DNA of 64,000 nucleotides, taken from positions 124,001 through 188,000 of the forward strand of contig RDEW01000040.1 in the NCBI GenBank assembly GCA_011109175.1. The letters are read 5' to 3'. The DNA comes from Dicyema japonicum. Its lineage: Eukaryota > Animalia > Dicyemida. Below are positions 62,140-64,000 of this stretch, piece after piece; the stretch's first letter is position 1; every line of letters starts with the position of its first letter. The translations under genes and the position numbers were made by a program. Under the pieces are notes generated by a model, which was not told the DNA's origin, made no database searches, and saw only the letters and a program-made list of their open reading frames with translations.

Positions 62140-63600
62140 GCATAAAAATGAAGTTTTTTTTTGTAAAAGGGAGTACAACATTAAACTAAGAGTCCTCTTT
62201 AATAATACAATTATTTCAGTTAATAACATCCTGAGAGTCTGGCTTGACCAGGGACTTTCTTTCAGGATTACAACTGCAATAAAGAGAATGAAAATTTTAA
62301 AGATTAGCAATTTGAAGACAGGGTGGATGATAGATGAAAAGACGCTGTAGAGTAGGATGAAAGACACGAAATGGGAACATATCTCAGGTACCTCTAAAAG
62401 AAAATTTGATGAACTAATCTATATCATAAACATTTTGAAAGAAAAATGCGAAAGGCCAACTTGAATTTACTGATGTGGTGGCTCTGGTCCTCATGACCGA
62501 CAGCTATAAAGAGGCTGAAAGGGTTAAGAGGTTTAATATGCTTTCATCCCTTGCGGATCCGAGAAGGCAACAATTATCGTTGTTAACAAAACAAAATCCA
62601 ATTGATAACAGACGGATATCAAGCTATGTCTATGACGTAAAGAGAAGGACCTGTAGCGGTGATGGAGACATCCGTCAACTTGAGTTAAGAATCCGAGGAT
62701 AATTGCCTTGACGTTTTTTGAATTTTGAAGTATTCTGCTCCGACAGGTTGATTTTTTGTAGATGGATTGTGTTCGAAAAACCTGAGGAAGTGCGCGGAAA
62801 AAATTGAAGATTAATTCATTTATAAGAGAAAGTCAATTTTGATTGGAGGCTTCAACTCAAACATCAGTGTTTCTTGTCTCCGCCTCTTTTGAAGCACGCG
62901 GAGTCCCTAACTATATTATGAGAGATAGAAATTGATCGCGTTCCTCAGCCGGTGACGATCAACATAGAAACGAAGAGTCCCTGTAATGTTTTATAGGCTA
63001 AAGTCGGTTTCGGTTTGGTGGACTGCAACCACTACATGATGTAGTGGTTATGGAAAAATTTCTCAAATAAAATTTGACAAGAAGTGGAGATCTGAAGCTG
63101 GAATGGGGACTTTTTGTCGGGACGGAACTCATTTTTGAATATGGCGAATTTTTATCATAACCGTTAAAGCTTAAAAGAGGAGTCCCTCAGACTTCAGGGT
63201 TCAACCACCTGCTATTCAACATTAACATGGCTGACACTACAGAAATTCCGAAAGTCTATTTATATGGATGACGTCCTAATTTTGGATGTGTTAAATCAAG
63301 AAAATTGTCGTACAAAAGACTTGACAATTAAATCAAAGAAATCAGCAAATGTTGTGTTTCCAACAATATCAGCAAAGAAAGAGAACGTTCTGATTGAATC
63401 GACATAAATTGGCATTGAGGAACATGAAAAATACGGCTAACTTACACTATCTTAGAGTGTTAATTGGAAAAAAAAGAGACTTTGTAAAAAAACTTAGACG
63501 TTAGAAGGAAGAGAGCCTTCAAGTTCTTCTGTGCATGATAAAATTGGAAAATAGGTTTTCTGTTCAAGCACGTCATCTTCATCGTCTACGTAAGTGGTAC
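62140..63600 (+). mobile_element. Highly decayed LINE fragments
   Basis: Residual LRVWLDQGLSF, LIGGFNS, RGVPQ..LLFNINMAD and YMDDV motifs. Confidence 0.55.
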
Positions 63601-63674
63601 TAAACCCCCAAGAAAACCAGAAAATATCGCACTTAGAAAGAAGTTCACGCTAAAAAGTTAGATGAATAAGGAGG

Positions 63675-64000
63675 TCAGCACTGATAGAGCCATTTGGAAC
63701 AGTAACACAGGACAAAATGAATATTTGTACAAGGAAGAAGCCATATTAGAGACTCATATATAAAAATTATTTCTAAAAAGATGGAGATGGACACTGGTGA
63801 AGAGACCAAGCCATATGGCAGGACTTGAGGTAACAAATCATCATTAACTAGCCCTTTTGTAAACCCCTTATTAAATAAAATATAATAAAATGCTACTGCG
63901 ATGAATGATAGTGAGGATTTGGATAACAAACCTACAAAAATAACAAATGAATCTTCTATGGAAAATACAGAGCGACCTTCAACTGCAGCGTGGCTAGGAT
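63675..64000 (-). CDS. 3' end of a hydrophobic (membrane) protein gene, partial
   Basis: 84-aa hydrophobic ORF preceded by a plausible acceptor (tttgtag); continues past the window end; family not recognised. Confidence 0.35.
   Translation of the reverse strand, partial: PSHAAVEGRSVFSIEDSFVIFVGLLSKSSLSFIAVAFYYILFNKGFTKGLVNDDLLPQVLPYGLVSSPVSISIFLEIIFIYESLIWLLPCTNIHFVLCYCSKWLYQC

Overview
AT-rich eukaryotic nuclear DNA using the standard genetic code, very probably a metazoan. Eight recognisable host genes sit as compact islands: a Rab7-like GTPase, TMX2, a very divergent annexin, NDUFS6, EXOSC1/CSL4, MNAT1, a spinster MFS transporter, CFAP210/CCDC173-like, plus COPG. All are split by tiny GT-AG introns of about 21-31 nt. 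Where I can compare from memory (RAB7A, NDUFS6), intron positions match vertebrate ones. Mini-introns, conserved positions and a ciliary gene suggest a dicyemid-type genome (inference). The space between genes is mostly decayed mobile DNA. Retroelements: APE-type LINEs (an Ingi/Vingi-like family with an N-terminal 2A StopGo peptide, RTE, and another APE-RT family), CRE-type REL LINEs (one with an N-terminal PHD finger), and a tRNA-headed SINE in 4 copies. DNA transposons: Ginger2-like integrase elements with TGT..ACA TIRs and 5-bp TSDs, two hAT elements with 8-bp TSDs, a Tc1/IS630 remnant with foldback-like TIRs built of 21-bp repeats, and a pogo-like MITE. The most notable observations are host-type mini-introns inside transposase genes (with position differences between Ginger subfamilies), the PHD-finger CRE element, the 2A-bearing LINE, and an annexin lacking Ca2+ motifs. 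Single-base indels in homopolymers of essential genes probably reflect consensus sequencing errors. All calls are by eye; no database searches were run.
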